Shown piece by piece: positions 50,277-59,281 of a stretch of DNA of 64,000 nt. Under the pieces are notes generated by a model. The model made no database searches. It was not told the origin of the DNA and was given only the letters and a program-made list of their open reading frames with translations. This DNA is from an uncultured Desulfobacter sp. (GTDB taxonomy: Bacteria; Desulfobacterota; Desulfobacteria; Desulfobacterales; Desulfobacteraceae). Made by a program: the position numbers and the translations under genes. Numbering within the stretch: the stretch's first letter is position 1; every line of letters starts with the position of its first letter. Where the stretch lies: assembly GCA_963665095.1 (NCBI GenBank), contig OY762069.1, positions 2,848,001 through 2,912,000 on the forward strand, given 5' to 3'.

Positions 50277-50549
50277 ATCCAGTTTCGTTCCTTTACTTTA
50301 GTTCTCTGGTATGGTCTTGTAGTTATCAGTCTCCTTTATACCCGTCTGTGATTTGGGTTAAACAATAACGGGGGGACTGCATCCTGCGATCTTAAAACAG
50401 CATTTACGGATGTTACAGGTACATGTTATTTCTTTTTGAGTGAATGGGGTCCTGACAACAGGCTTTAGGGCTGCTGCTGTCAAAAGAATGCGTTGCCTTG
50501 GTGGGGTTTCTTTATTTCGCCTTCCAAGGCGTTTTCACTGGGATTTGAT

Positions 50550-52013
50550 ATGAAAAATAGATCAAAGCCGTCAAAGTTTGACTACAACCTGGTGGTGATC
50601 GGTGCCGGTTCCGCAGGCCTTGTGACCTCCTATATTGCCGCAACGGTCAAGGCGGGGGTGGCATTGATCGAAAAGGACAAAATGGGAGGCGACTGCCTGA
50701 ACACCGGGTGTGTGCCCAGCAAAGCCCTGCTGCGTTCGGCAAAGATGCTCTCCTATGCCCGAAGGGCCAAGGAATTCGGTTTTGATCATACCCATGTGGA
50801 CTTTCAGTTTAAAACCGTCATGGCCCGGGTGGGAAAGATCATCAAGAAAATAGAACCCCATGATTCTGTTCAAAGGTATACCGAACTCGGGGTTGACTGC
50901 ATTCAGGGGGAGGCTCATATTCTCTCCCCGTACGAAGTTGAAGTGAACGGCAAAATCATCACCACCCGCAGTATTGTGGTGGCAACAGGGGCCCGGCCCA
51001 GGGTCCCGTCCATCCCCGGACTTGACCAGGTGCCGTATCTTACCTCTGATACGGTCTGGTCTTTAAAGGAATTGCCCCGGCGACTGGTGGTGGTCGGGGG
51101 CGGGCCCATTGGATGCGAACTTGGCCAGGCCTTTGCCCGTCTTGGGGCTGAAGTTTCCATAGTCGGCAGGGCTTCCCGGATTATGGGCCGGGAGGATAAG
51201 GAGGTGTCTGATTTTATGGAGGCGTCCTTTGCCCGGGAAGGTATTCAGGTCCTCACCGGGCAAACGGTCAAAGAGATCCGGGTGGCGGACGGTGAAAAAC
51301 AATTGATTTGCAGCAGGCATCCGGAAGAGAAGGATATGGTGATTCCTTTTGACACTGTTTTGCTTGCCGTGGGCCGTGTGGCAAACACCAAAGGGTTTGG
51401 ACTGGAAAAAATGGGGGTGGCACTGAATCCCGACGGCACCATTAAAACCAACAAGTGGCTGCAGACCACCATTCCCAATATTTATGCGGCCGGTGATGTG
51501 GCAGGGCCTTATCAGTTCACCCATGTGGCCTCCCACCAGGCCTGGTATGCATCGGTAAACGCATTGTTCGGCGCGTTTAAAAAGTTTGCGGCAGACTACA
51601 GAGTGATCCCCTGGTGCACCTTTACCGATCCCGAAGTGGCCCGGGTGGGGATGAATGAAACGGACTGTCTTGGCGCCGGCATCCCTTACGAGGTCACCCG
51701 GTACGGGATTGACGATCTGGACCGGGCCATTGCCGATTCCGAAGACAAAGGCTTTGTAAAGGTTTTGACCAAACCCAAAAAGGACAAAATCCTGGGGGTG
51801 ACCATTGTGGGGTCCCATGCCGGTGACCTGATCCACGAATTTATTCTGGCCATGAAATACAATATTGGACTGAATAAAATTCTTGGCACCATTCATATTT
51901 ACCCGACCCTGGCAGAGTCCGGCCGATTTGCGGCAGGCGTCTGGAAAAGGGCCAGGGTTCCGAAAACGGCCCTTGGAATTGTGGAACGGTTTCTGGCCTG
52001 GCAGCGAAGATAA
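50550..52013 (+). CDS. Pyridine nucleotide-disulfide oxidoreductase, mercuric reductase/dihydrolipoamide dehydrogenase-like
   Basis: IGAGSAG, GGDCLNTGCVPSK redox disulfide, GGGPIG, FTHVA, IHIYPT; no MerA C-terminal Cys-Cys. Confidence 0.9.
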   Translation: MKNRSKPSKFDYNLVVIGAGSAGLVTSYIAATVKAGVALIEKDKMGGDCLNTGCVPSKALLRSAKMLSYARRAKEFGFDHTHVDFQFKTVMARVGKIIKKIEPHDSVQRYTELGVDCIQGEAHILSPYEVEVNGKIITTRSIVVATGARPRVPSIPGLDQVPYLTSDTVWSLKELPRRLVVVGGGPIGCELGQAFARLGAEVSIVGRASRIMGREDKEVSDFMEASFAREGIQVLTGQTVKEIRVADGEKQLICSRHPEEKDMVIPFDTVLLAVGRVANTKGFGLEKMGVALNPDGTIKTNKWLQTTIPNIYAAGDVAGPYQFTHVASHQAWYASVNALFGAFKKFAADYRVIPWCTFTDPEVARVGMNETDCLGAGIPYEVTRYGIDDLDRAIADSEDKGFVKVLTKPKKDKILGVTIVGSHAGDLIHEFILAMKYNIGLNKILGTIHIYPTLAESGRFAAGVWKRARVPKTALGIVERFLAWQRR

Positions 52014-52059
52014 AAATTTTTGAACTTGATACTTAGAACTGGATATTTGAATAACTGCA

Positions 52060-55000
52060 ATGGGGGAACACTTGAACACCGATCAGGATAACAACTGGAT
52101 CAGACTTGAAGAGGATAACACCGCCGTATATGTCAACACCGAATCTGTGGACTGGATTGTCCCCAGTGCCGCCGGAGACCGGCTGCTTCAAAAGCTTATG
52201 TCATCCAACGCACAAGGTGGGATAAGCCCGGGGACAGAATCTGCACCGGCACCCGGTAATGCGGATTTCAATAGCATCATTCGTGAGTCCCAGTTTCTAT
52301 CCTTGTTAAAATCACCAGACGTGGGGGATTACCAGGGCCGGGGCCATGCATTAACCTTAAAGTCGTTAAAAGAGTTCTGGCTGCACATCACCGACCAGTG
52401 CAACCTTGCCTGCCGCCACTGTCTTTTTTCATGTTCATCAAAGACGAGCCGGACCATGGATTTCGACACGATCTTTTCCGCGGTCAGCCAGGCGTATAAT
52501 CTGGGCACCAGGATTTTTTATCTGACCGGGGGCGAGCCCCTGATTCATCCTGATTTTCAAAAGATCTGCCGGCTGATTTTAAATGAATACCCCGACACCC
52601 TGCTTGCAATTTTAACCAACGGAATCCTGATACCGGACCACTTAAATTTTTTCAACACCTTGCCCTGTGACCGCCTGTTTCTCCAGGTCAGCCTGGACGG
52701 CCTGGAAGAGGCCAATGACCGGTTGCGGGGAGCCGGCGCCTTTGCCCGGACCACCGCCGCCCTTGAGATGCTGAAAGGATCAAATATTATCACCACCCTG
52801 TCCATGGTGGTGCATCCGGATAATTTCCATGAAATGACAAAGATGGTTGAACTCGGGGCAACGCTTTCGGTGAACGCCATCCACTACATGTGGCTCTTAA
52901 CCACGGGCCGGGCATCGAGTCAGCCCAAGGTTCCCATGGACGAGCTGTTCAATAAGTTGATTGACGCTTACGATTATGCACAAACCCACGACCTCTCCAT
53001 TGATAATATCACCAACCTTGCGGCCAGGGTCTTTTCCACCCCCGGCACCCGGTACGACCTGGGCAATGCCGGGTGGCAGTCCCTGGCACTGGATCCCGAC
53101 GGCATGATCTACCCCACTCCGGCTTTGATCGGGAGCATTGAGAACGCGTGCGGCCCGATTTCCCAGGGGCTGGAAACGGTGTGGCGCACCAGTGAGCTTC
53201 TTGAGACCTTGCGAAACCTGTCGGTGAAGGATGATCCTCTCTTTGGGGACCATCCACTGCGGTACATTGTGGGTGGCCCGGATATTGACCACAGCTTTCA
53301 TACCGGAGGCGCTTTTCTGGGCCATGACCCCTACCTGCCTTTGTACAGCCGCCTGGCATTGTGGTTAATGGTTGAATCGGCCAAGGTTACTGAAGAAGCC
53401 TTTTTTCCCCAGATCCGTCGTAAAATGGGAGAAAAACTGCTCCACTGTGAAAAGGAGGGGGAGAGCGTGGCCCTGACCCACTCCAACTGCGTACTCACCC
53501 TGGCCGATACCCACGGCGTTGTAGGGCAGTTTTATTCGGAAGCCGCCCTACAGGAGAACACGGACATCACCAATCCTGTCTGCTATCCGGATGAAGAGAT
53601 GCCTCATATTCCCAAATCTGCCAGGATTCGTTCCTATGGGTGCGGTAGCCCGGTGCTGGATGCAGGCATCTCTTTGGGGGATACTGTGGTGGATCTTGGC
53701 TGCGGCGCCGGCGTTGAGTGCTATATTGCCGCCCGGAAAACAGGCCCTTCGGGACAGGTCATAGGTATTGACATGCTGGACCACATGCTGAAGCTTGCGC
53801 GAAAATCCCTTGGAAATGTGGCCGAAAACCTGGGCTACGGGAATATCTCTTTTAAAAAAGGGTTTCTTGAACAGCTGCCCATAGCCGATCAAACCGTGGA
53901 CCTGGTCATCTCCAACTGTGTCATCAATCTCTCCCAGGATAAACGGCAGACCTTTGCCGAAGTGTTCCGTATTCTTGCTCCGGGGGGCCGGATTTTTATT
54001 TCCGATGTGGTCACTGATGAACCTTGTCCCCCTGAAATCCAGAATGATGCCGTACTCCGGGGGGCGTGTCTCTCCGGTGCCCTGGTGCAGCCCCAGCTGA
54101 TCAGCATCCTGGAGGCAACCGGGTTCAGCCGGATCAGGGTGGTAAAGCGCTTTTTTTACAAAGAGGTGTTGAACCACCGGTTTTATGCCGTTACCTATAC
54201 GGCCTTTAAGCCCAAGGCCCCTGAAAAGATAAAGGTTTTTTACCCCGGCCCCCATGCCGCAGTGATGACCGACGACGGCCAGTTGCTATTGCGCGGACAA
54301 TCGTTGCAAACTTGCCGATCCTCTGATGCCGGGGAAGACACCACGGTTTTTGAGCTGGATGATATGGGCAATGTCTCCAATATCGAGGCTGTGAATGCCT
54401 GCAGCTGCTATTTGCCTCCCACCCTGGCAGACGTGGAAGAGAACAATGTGAGCCACGAGGCACATCCCGCCCCGGAAACAGGCACCCGGTTTCAACAGGA
54501 CTGCATGCTGTGCGGCAAGCCCCTGGTCTACCTGGAAGAAGAGAGGCCCGAAGCGTGCGTCTTCTGCGGAAATCAATACCCTGCCAACGCCGTATGCGAA
54601 AAAGGCCATTTTGTCTGCGATCACTGCCATGGACAAGATATGGTGGAGGTGGTCAAACATATCTGCACCCATACCCATGCAACCGATATGATTGATCTGA
54701 TGAACCAGCTTCGGCGTCATCCGTCATTTCCCCTCCATGGCCCGGAGCATCATTTTGCCGTGCCCGGTGTCATTACAGCGGTGTATAAAAATCTGGGCGG
54801 GGATATCACAAACAGCGATATCATCAGCGCCATTGACCGGGGACGAGGGGTGCCCGGCGGTGTCTGCGCCTTCTGGGGAACCTGCGGCGCGGCTGTGGGT
54901 GCAGGAATCGCCTTTGGCGTTATTTTGAAAAGCACTCCCTTAAAGCCCCAGGCCCGGCAGATCGTCCAGCAGGTCTCCGAGGCCATTATCCACGAGCTGA

Positions 55001-55179
55001 ACAGCGTCCAGGCGGCCCGCTGCTGTCAGCGGGAGGTCTGGACAACATTCAAAACCGTGGCCCAATTGTCCGAAGTGTACCTGCCCGTGATTTTGAGAGC
55101 CTATGGGGATGTGCAATGCCGCCAGCAGGGCAAAAACAGGGAGTGCGTCCGGGACGCATGCCCCTATTTCAAGGTGTGA
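52060..55179 (+). CDS. Fusion: radical SAM + ArsM-type methyltransferase + Cys-rich (DUF5714-like) domain
   Basis: CNLACRHC and TGGEP; SYGCGSP, DLGCGAG, ISNCVINL, GACLSGAL; C-terminal CMLC..CVFC..CDHC, HGPEHH, GGVCAFWGTCGAAVG, RCCQR. Confidence 0.9.
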   Translation: MGEHLNTDQDNNWIRLEEDNTAVYVNTESVDWIVPSAAGDRLLQKLMSSNAQGGISPGTESAPAPGNADFNSIIRESQFLSLLKSPDVGDYQGRGHALTLKSLKEFWLHITDQCNLACRHCLFSCSSKTSRTMDFDTIFSAVSQAYNLGTRIFYLTGGEPLIHPDFQKICRLILNEYPDTLLAILTNGILIPDHLNFFNTLPCDRLFLQVSLDGLEEANDRLRGAGAFARTTAALEMLKGSNIITTLSMVVHPDNFHEMTKMVELGATLSVNAIHYMWLLTTGRASSQPKVPMDELFNKLIDAYDYAQTHDLSIDNITNLAARVFSTPGTRYDLGNAGWQSLALDPDGMIYPTPALIGSIENACGPISQGLETVWRTSELLETLRNLSVKDDPLFGDHPLRYIVGGPDIDHSFHTGGAFLGHDPYLPLYSRLALWLMVESAKVTEEAFFPQIRRKMGEKLLHCEKEGESVALTHSNCVLTLADTHGVVGQFYSEAALQENTDITNPVCYPDEEMPHIPKSARIRSYGCGSPVLDAGISLGDTVVDLGCGAGVECYIAARKTGPSGQVIGIDMLDHMLKLARKSLGNVAENLGYGNISFKKGFLEQLPIADQTVDLVISNCVINLSQDKRQTFAEVFRILAPGGRIFISDVVTDEPCPPEIQNDAVLRGACLSGALVQPQLISILEATGFSRIRVVKRFFYKEVLNHRFYAVTYTAFKPKAPEKIKVFYPGPHAAVMTDDGQLLLRGQSLQTCRSSDAGEDTTVFELDDMGNVSNIEAVNACSCYLPPTLADVEENNVSHEAHPAPETGTRFQQDCMLCGKPLVYLEEERPEACVFCGNQYPANAVCEKGHFVCDHCHGQDMVEVVKHICTHTHATDMIDLMNQLRRHPSFPLHGPEHHFAVPGVITAVYKNLGGDITNSDIISAIDRGRGVPGGVCAFWGTCGAAVGAGIAFGVILKSTPLKPQARQIVQQVSEAIIHELNSVQAARCCQREVWTTFKTVAQLSEVYLPVILRAYGDVQCRQQGKNRECVRDACPYFKV

Positions 55180-55180
55180 A

Positions 55181-55849
55181 ATGACGGCAACCAACGCTGT
55201 CATTGTGTTCATCAAATCCCCGGAAAAGGGCTGGGTCAAAACCCGGCTGGCAAAGGGGGTGGGGCAGACGGCCGCGCTTGAACTATACCGCTGCTTTGTG
55301 ATGGATGTGCTGGATATGGTTCAATCAACCCCCTGGGCATTGCGGGTGTATTACTACCCGGGAAACGCCTCTGACCGCATCCGGTCCTGGCTGGGAGACG
55401 ATCTGGAACTTTTCCCACAAAGGGGTGCTACCCTGGGAGATAAAATGGATAATGCCCTGGCCGACACCTTTGCCGCAGGATTTAAGCGCGCCGTTCTCAT
55501 CGGGTCTGATTTGCCGGATCTGCCCTCCGGTATAATTGATAAGGCCTTTAAGGGCCTGGAACAATGCAGTGCGGCCATCGGCCCAAGCCGGGACGGCGGA
55601 TATTATCTCATCGGGTTTACGGCCGGTGGATTCACCCCGCAAATATTTAATGGCATTGCCTGGGGAACCAGTGAGGTTTTTGATCTGACCCTGAAAGTAT
55701 TCAAGCAACATCGTGTGTCACACTATACTCTGCCCATGTGGCAAGACATTGACACCCGGGAGGACTTAAGCTTTCTCAAACGTGACCCGGATTCTGAAAC
55801 AGCCGGTCACACGATCGATTATCTTCTAAAACAAGGAGGGCATTTTTGA
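55181..55849 (+). CDS. TIGR04282/DUF2064-like glycosyltransferase (rSAM/arsenosugar-associated)
   Basis: FIKSPEKGWVKTRL, QRGATLGDKM, IGSDLP, GPSRDGGYYLIG, DIDTREDL. Confidence 0.88.
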   Translation: MTATNAVIVFIKSPEKGWVKTRLAKGVGQTAALELYRCFVMDVLDMVQSTPWALRVYYYPGNASDRIRSWLGDDLELFPQRGATLGDKMDNALADTFAAGFKRAVLIGSDLPDLPSGIIDKAFKGLEQCSAAIGPSRDGGYYLIGFTAGGFTPQIFNGIAWGTSEVFDLTLKVFKQHRVSHYTLPMWQDIDTREDLSFLKRDPDSETAGHTIDYLLKQGGHF

Positions 55850-56604
55850 GGCTGCAAAAACAAATGTGGATGGCGGTAGGCGTGATCATGGTGCTGCAGA
55901 CCGCCGTTGTACTCAGTGCTGAATCCATCATCACAGTTGGCGATTTTTCCCGGGCAAACACAGGAGAAATTTTGCCCCAAAACTGGGAGCCTTTGACATT
56001 TAAAAAGATAAAGGCACATACCGTCTACGAGATGGTTGAAGACCAGGGCCGAACCGTAATCAAAGCCCACAGTCAGGCATCCGCTTCAGGACTGATCCGC
56101 AAAATCGCCATTGATGTGAAAAAATACCCCATGGTTCAATGGCGATGGAAAATCACCCAGGTTAATGAGAAAAGCGATGTCACCCAAAAAAACGGGGATG
56201 ATTATCCGGCTCGCGTCTATGTAGCCTTCGTATATGACCCTGAAAAGGCCGGCATCTGGGAAAAAGCCCGGTTCAAAACCGCCCGCCTGATCTACGGCGA
56301 GTATCCGCCGGCAACCGTGGTGACCTATATCTGGGCCAACCGGGTCCCCAAAGAGACCCGGGTCCCCAACCCCTATGTCAAGGAAGTGATGATGATTGCC
56401 GTTCAAAGCGGCAAAGACAAGGCAGGCACCTGGGTCACCGAGGAGCGCAATATCTACCAGGACTATCTGGATAGCTTCGGGCATCCGCCCCCCATGACTT
56501 CGGGCGTGGCCATCATGACCGACACGGACAATACAGGGCAGACCTCAACCGCCTTTTACGGGGATATTTTTTTTAAATCAGCTTCCGGAGCCCCAACCCA
56601 ATGA
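55846..56604 (+). CDS. DUF3047-like exported protein
   Basis: Signal peptide; ASASGL, WRWK, DDYPARVYV, YIWAN, GVAIMTDTDNT. Confidence 0.85.
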   Translation: MRLQKQMWMAVGVIMVLQTAVVLSAESIITVGDFSRANTGEILPQNWEPLTFKKIKAHTVYEMVEDQGRTVIKAHSQASASGLIRKIAIDVKKYPMVQWRWKITQVNEKSDVTQKNGDDYPARVYVAFVYDPEKAGIWEKARFKTARLIYGEYPPATVVTYIWANRVPKETRVPNPYVKEVMMIAVQSGKDKAGTWVTEERNIYQDYLDSFGHPPPMTSGVAIMTDTDNTGQTSTAFYGDIFFKSASGAPTQ

Positions 56605-57293
56605 AGCCCGTGATCTGCGTTATTATACCGGTATACAACGAGGAGGATCGCATCAACCAGACCATTGCCGACCTTAAAACAGCTGCAGCACAGATGTTGT
56701 GGAATACAGAAATTATTGTGGTAGACGGCGACACTGAAAAAAGCACCCTTAAAGCGATCAATGACCCGGACATTATAAAAACAGCATCTCCGCCAGGCCG
56801 GGGCGTACAGATGAACCAAGGCGCCCGGGCCGCAACCGCAGACCTGCTGTTGTTTCTCCATGCCGATACTGTTCTGCCTGCCAATGCACTCAAAACAATT
56901 TTGAATGCCTGCCGAGACAAAGATGTCGCTGCCGGTGCATTTGACCTGGCCATTGCTGCCACCCATCCATGTTTTCGCATCATCGAAAAAGTGGCCTCCC
57001 TGCGGTCCCGGACCACCCGGATCCCCTTTGGCGACCAGGCCTTGTTCTTTAAAACGGAATGCTTTTGGGCATTGGGAGGATATAAACCGATTTCACTGAT
57101 GGAGGATGTGGACATCATGCTCAGACTTAAGAAAAAGGGCTGCCGGATCCGCTTCATTTCAGAACCGGTGCAAACCTCGGCCCGGCGTTGGAAAAAAGAA
57201 GGCATGATATACACAACCATCCGCAACTGGATGCTTCAACTGTTCTTTTATACCGGGGTCAGCCCTGAAAAGTTAAAAGCATACTATAACTGA
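56601..57293 (+). CDS. TIGR04283-like family 2 glycosyltransferase (rSAM/arsenosugar-associated)
   Basis: IIPVYNEE, VVDG, GRGVQMNQGA, FLHADT, PFGDQALF, LMEDV, TSARRW. Confidence 0.9.
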   Translation: MKPVICVIIPVYNEEDRINQTIADLKTAAAQMLWNTEIIVVDGDTEKSTLKAINDPDIIKTASPPGRGVQMNQGARAATADLLLFLHADTVLPANALKTILNACRDKDVAAGAFDLAIAATHPCFRIIEKVASLRSRTTRIPFGDQALFFKTECFWALGGYKPISLMEDVDIMLRLKKKGCRIRFISEPVQTSARRWKKEGMIYTTIRNWMLQLFFYTGVSPEKLKAYYN

Positions 57294-57754
57294 AAAAACT
57301 CAAATAGATTTACCGACCCGGACCGGTCACCGTCAATTAAAGCTCATCTCCCATATCGGCTCAAAATTTGGTGGATAAGAGATTTCGGGAAATCGTTCAA
57401 TCATAGGTCAACGTTTTTATGTCCAAAATAAATGGGGGCTATAACTCTGCGGCAGGGTCGGGCCAAACATAATGTCATAAATTTAGCAACTTAAAACATA
57501 AAAATGCTTAGAAATGGCCCTATAATCGCTTTTTGAGGACCCAAAAGGGCCATATAGAAAAAAAGAAGGACATCCAACAATCAAAATGCTGTCGGACAAG
57601 CCGCAGATTTTAGTGGTTGTCTTTCAAGATTGTAATTACTGCTCCCAAAAAATGCATGACTATTTTACAAAAGTATCGATTTTTATGATTGACTTTGTTC
57701 CAAAAAAATCAGATAAAATAGCTTACTTTATGACAAAAATAAGATGTGGATGCA

Positions 57755-59125
57755 ATGTTCGATCGGGATATTTTAAAAAGCTTATCACACTGGAAAGAAA
57801 AAAAAGACCGAAAACCATTGATTTTGAGAGGTGCAAGGCAAGTGGGGAAAACCACAGCCATCAGCCTTTTTTCAGAACAGTTCGATCACTATCTGTACCT
57901 GAACCTTGAAATTAAATCCGAGCGGGATATCTTTGAAAAGGACTATTCCATTGAAGAACTGCTCCAGGCCATTTTCTTCTATAAAAATCAGCAAACTCCT
58001 ACAGGCTCTGTTTTAATATTCATAGATGAAATCCAGAACTGTGCGTCAGCAGTTTCCTATCTCAGATATTTTTATGAAGTATTTCCAGATCTGCATGTTA
58101 TCGCAGCCGGATCTCTTTTAGAAACACTGATTGATACACATATCAGTTTCCCGGTTGGCAGGGTGGAATACCTTGTGATGAAGCCATTAAGCTTTAAAGA
58201 ATTTTTAAACGCAGTATCAGAAACAGCCAGCCTGGATATTCTCAATAAAACCGCTCCTGTTCCTGATTTTGCACACGACAAACTTTTGAAATTATTCAAT
58301 ACCTACACAATTATCGGGGGGATGCCGGAAATTGTTCAGAAATATTCCGATAAAAAAGACATCCTTGCACTCAACAGTATATATGACAGCTTAATTGTCT
58401 CTTATCTTGACGACGTTGAGAAATATGCCCGAAACAGAACAATGGCAAATGTAATTCGCCATGCCGTTTCACATGCATTCTATGAAGCAGGCAACAGGAT
58501 TAAATTCCAGGGTTTTGGCAATTCCAATTACAAATCAAGAGAGATGAGTGAGGCATTAAAGGTTTTGGAAAAAGCCATGTTAATCTACCTTATATATCCG
58601 TCTTCCTCTGTCTTCCCCCCTTTGCAGCCTAATACAAAAAAATCGCCAAGGCTTCAAGTGCTTGACACCGGCATGCTCAATTATTTCGGCGGATTTCAAA
58701 AAGATCTGTTTGGAGCCAATGGCATTGATTCTGTTTATCAAGGTAAAATAGCAGAACATATTGTCGGACAGGAACTTCTTGCGGCCGAAACATCTGCTCT
58801 ATTCAAATTGAAATTTTGGAACCGGGAAAAAAAGCAATCCAATGCCGAAGTCGATTTCCTGATTCAATATGAAAACCTGCTCATACCCATTGAGGTGAAA
58901 TCTGCTGCAACCGGACGACTTAGGTCCCTTCATCAGTTCATAGACCGGGCCCCTCACCAATATGCTGTGAGGATTTATTCTGGAAAATTGGAAATAAATC
59001 GGATTGCAACGCTGAACGGGAACGAATTTACCCTGTTAAACCTTCCGTTTTATTTAGTCGGATCTCTTACTGCTTATATCCAGTGGTTGATATCCAATGA
59101 CAGGATGGTTCAAAAAACCAAATAA
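57755..59125 (+). CDS. AAA+ ATPase (AAA_14 + DUF4143-like)
   Basis: GARQVGKT, FIDEIQ, AAGSLL, SFPVGRV, GGMPE, EVDFLI..PIEVKS (PD-(D/E)xK-like tail). Confidence 0.88.
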   Translation: MFDRDILKSLSHWKEKKDRKPLILRGARQVGKTTAISLFSEQFDHYLYLNLEIKSERDIFEKDYSIEELLQAIFFYKNQQTPTGSVLIFIDEIQNCASAVSYLRYFYEVFPDLHVIAAGSLLETLIDTHISFPVGRVEYLVMKPLSFKEFLNAVSETASLDILNKTAPVPDFAHDKLLKLFNTYTIIGGMPEIVQKYSDKKDILALNSIYDSLIVSYLDDVEKYARNRTMANVIRHAVSHAFYEAGNRIKFQGFGNSNYKSREMSEALKVLEKAMLIYLIYPSSSVFPPLQPNTKKSPRLQVLDTGMLNYFGGFQKDLFGANGIDSVYQGKIAEHIVGQELLAAETSALFKLKFWNREKKQSNAEVDFLIQYENLLIPIEVKSAATGRLRSLHQFIDRAPHQYAVRIYSGKLEINRIATLNGNEFTLLNLPFYLVGSLTAYIQWLISNDRMVQKTK

Positions 59126-59239
59126 ACCGGGCAAACCGGCTATTTGAACATGTTAACATGTTGAATTTGTTTTAATAAGTCCTTAGATCCCGGATTTGAA
59201 GCCGACTACAATATTGGGTCTTGACCGTGTTTTCAACAA

Positions 59240-59275
59240 AGCCCCTTGCAGAAATGCAAATTTCTGTAAGGGGCT
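59240..59275. terminator. Hairpin between convergent genes (probable terminator)
   Basis: AGCCCCTTGCAGAAAT-gcaa-ATTTCTGTAAGGGGCT. Confidence 0.7.
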
Positions 59276-59281
59276 ATTGTG

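Noticed and set aside
52060..55179. Radical SAM protein as the missing GRE activase
   Set aside because: It lacks the PflA-type GCPLRCxWC context, has unrelated fused domains and sits in its own operon ~25 kb away.
57300..57480. Possible integrase or other gene remnant upstream of the AAA ATPase
   Set aside because: Only short stop-interrupted peptides with no convincing motif.
59105..59125. AAA gene ends in KTK-stop like the DAC gene copies (AAAACCAAATAA)
   Set aside because: Only about 12 low-complexity bases match; treated as chance.
59126..59165. GGGCAAACC suggestive of a c-di-GMP-I riboswitch
   Set aside because: The GAAA tetraloop stem and second hairpin are absent, and the site lies between convergent gene ends.
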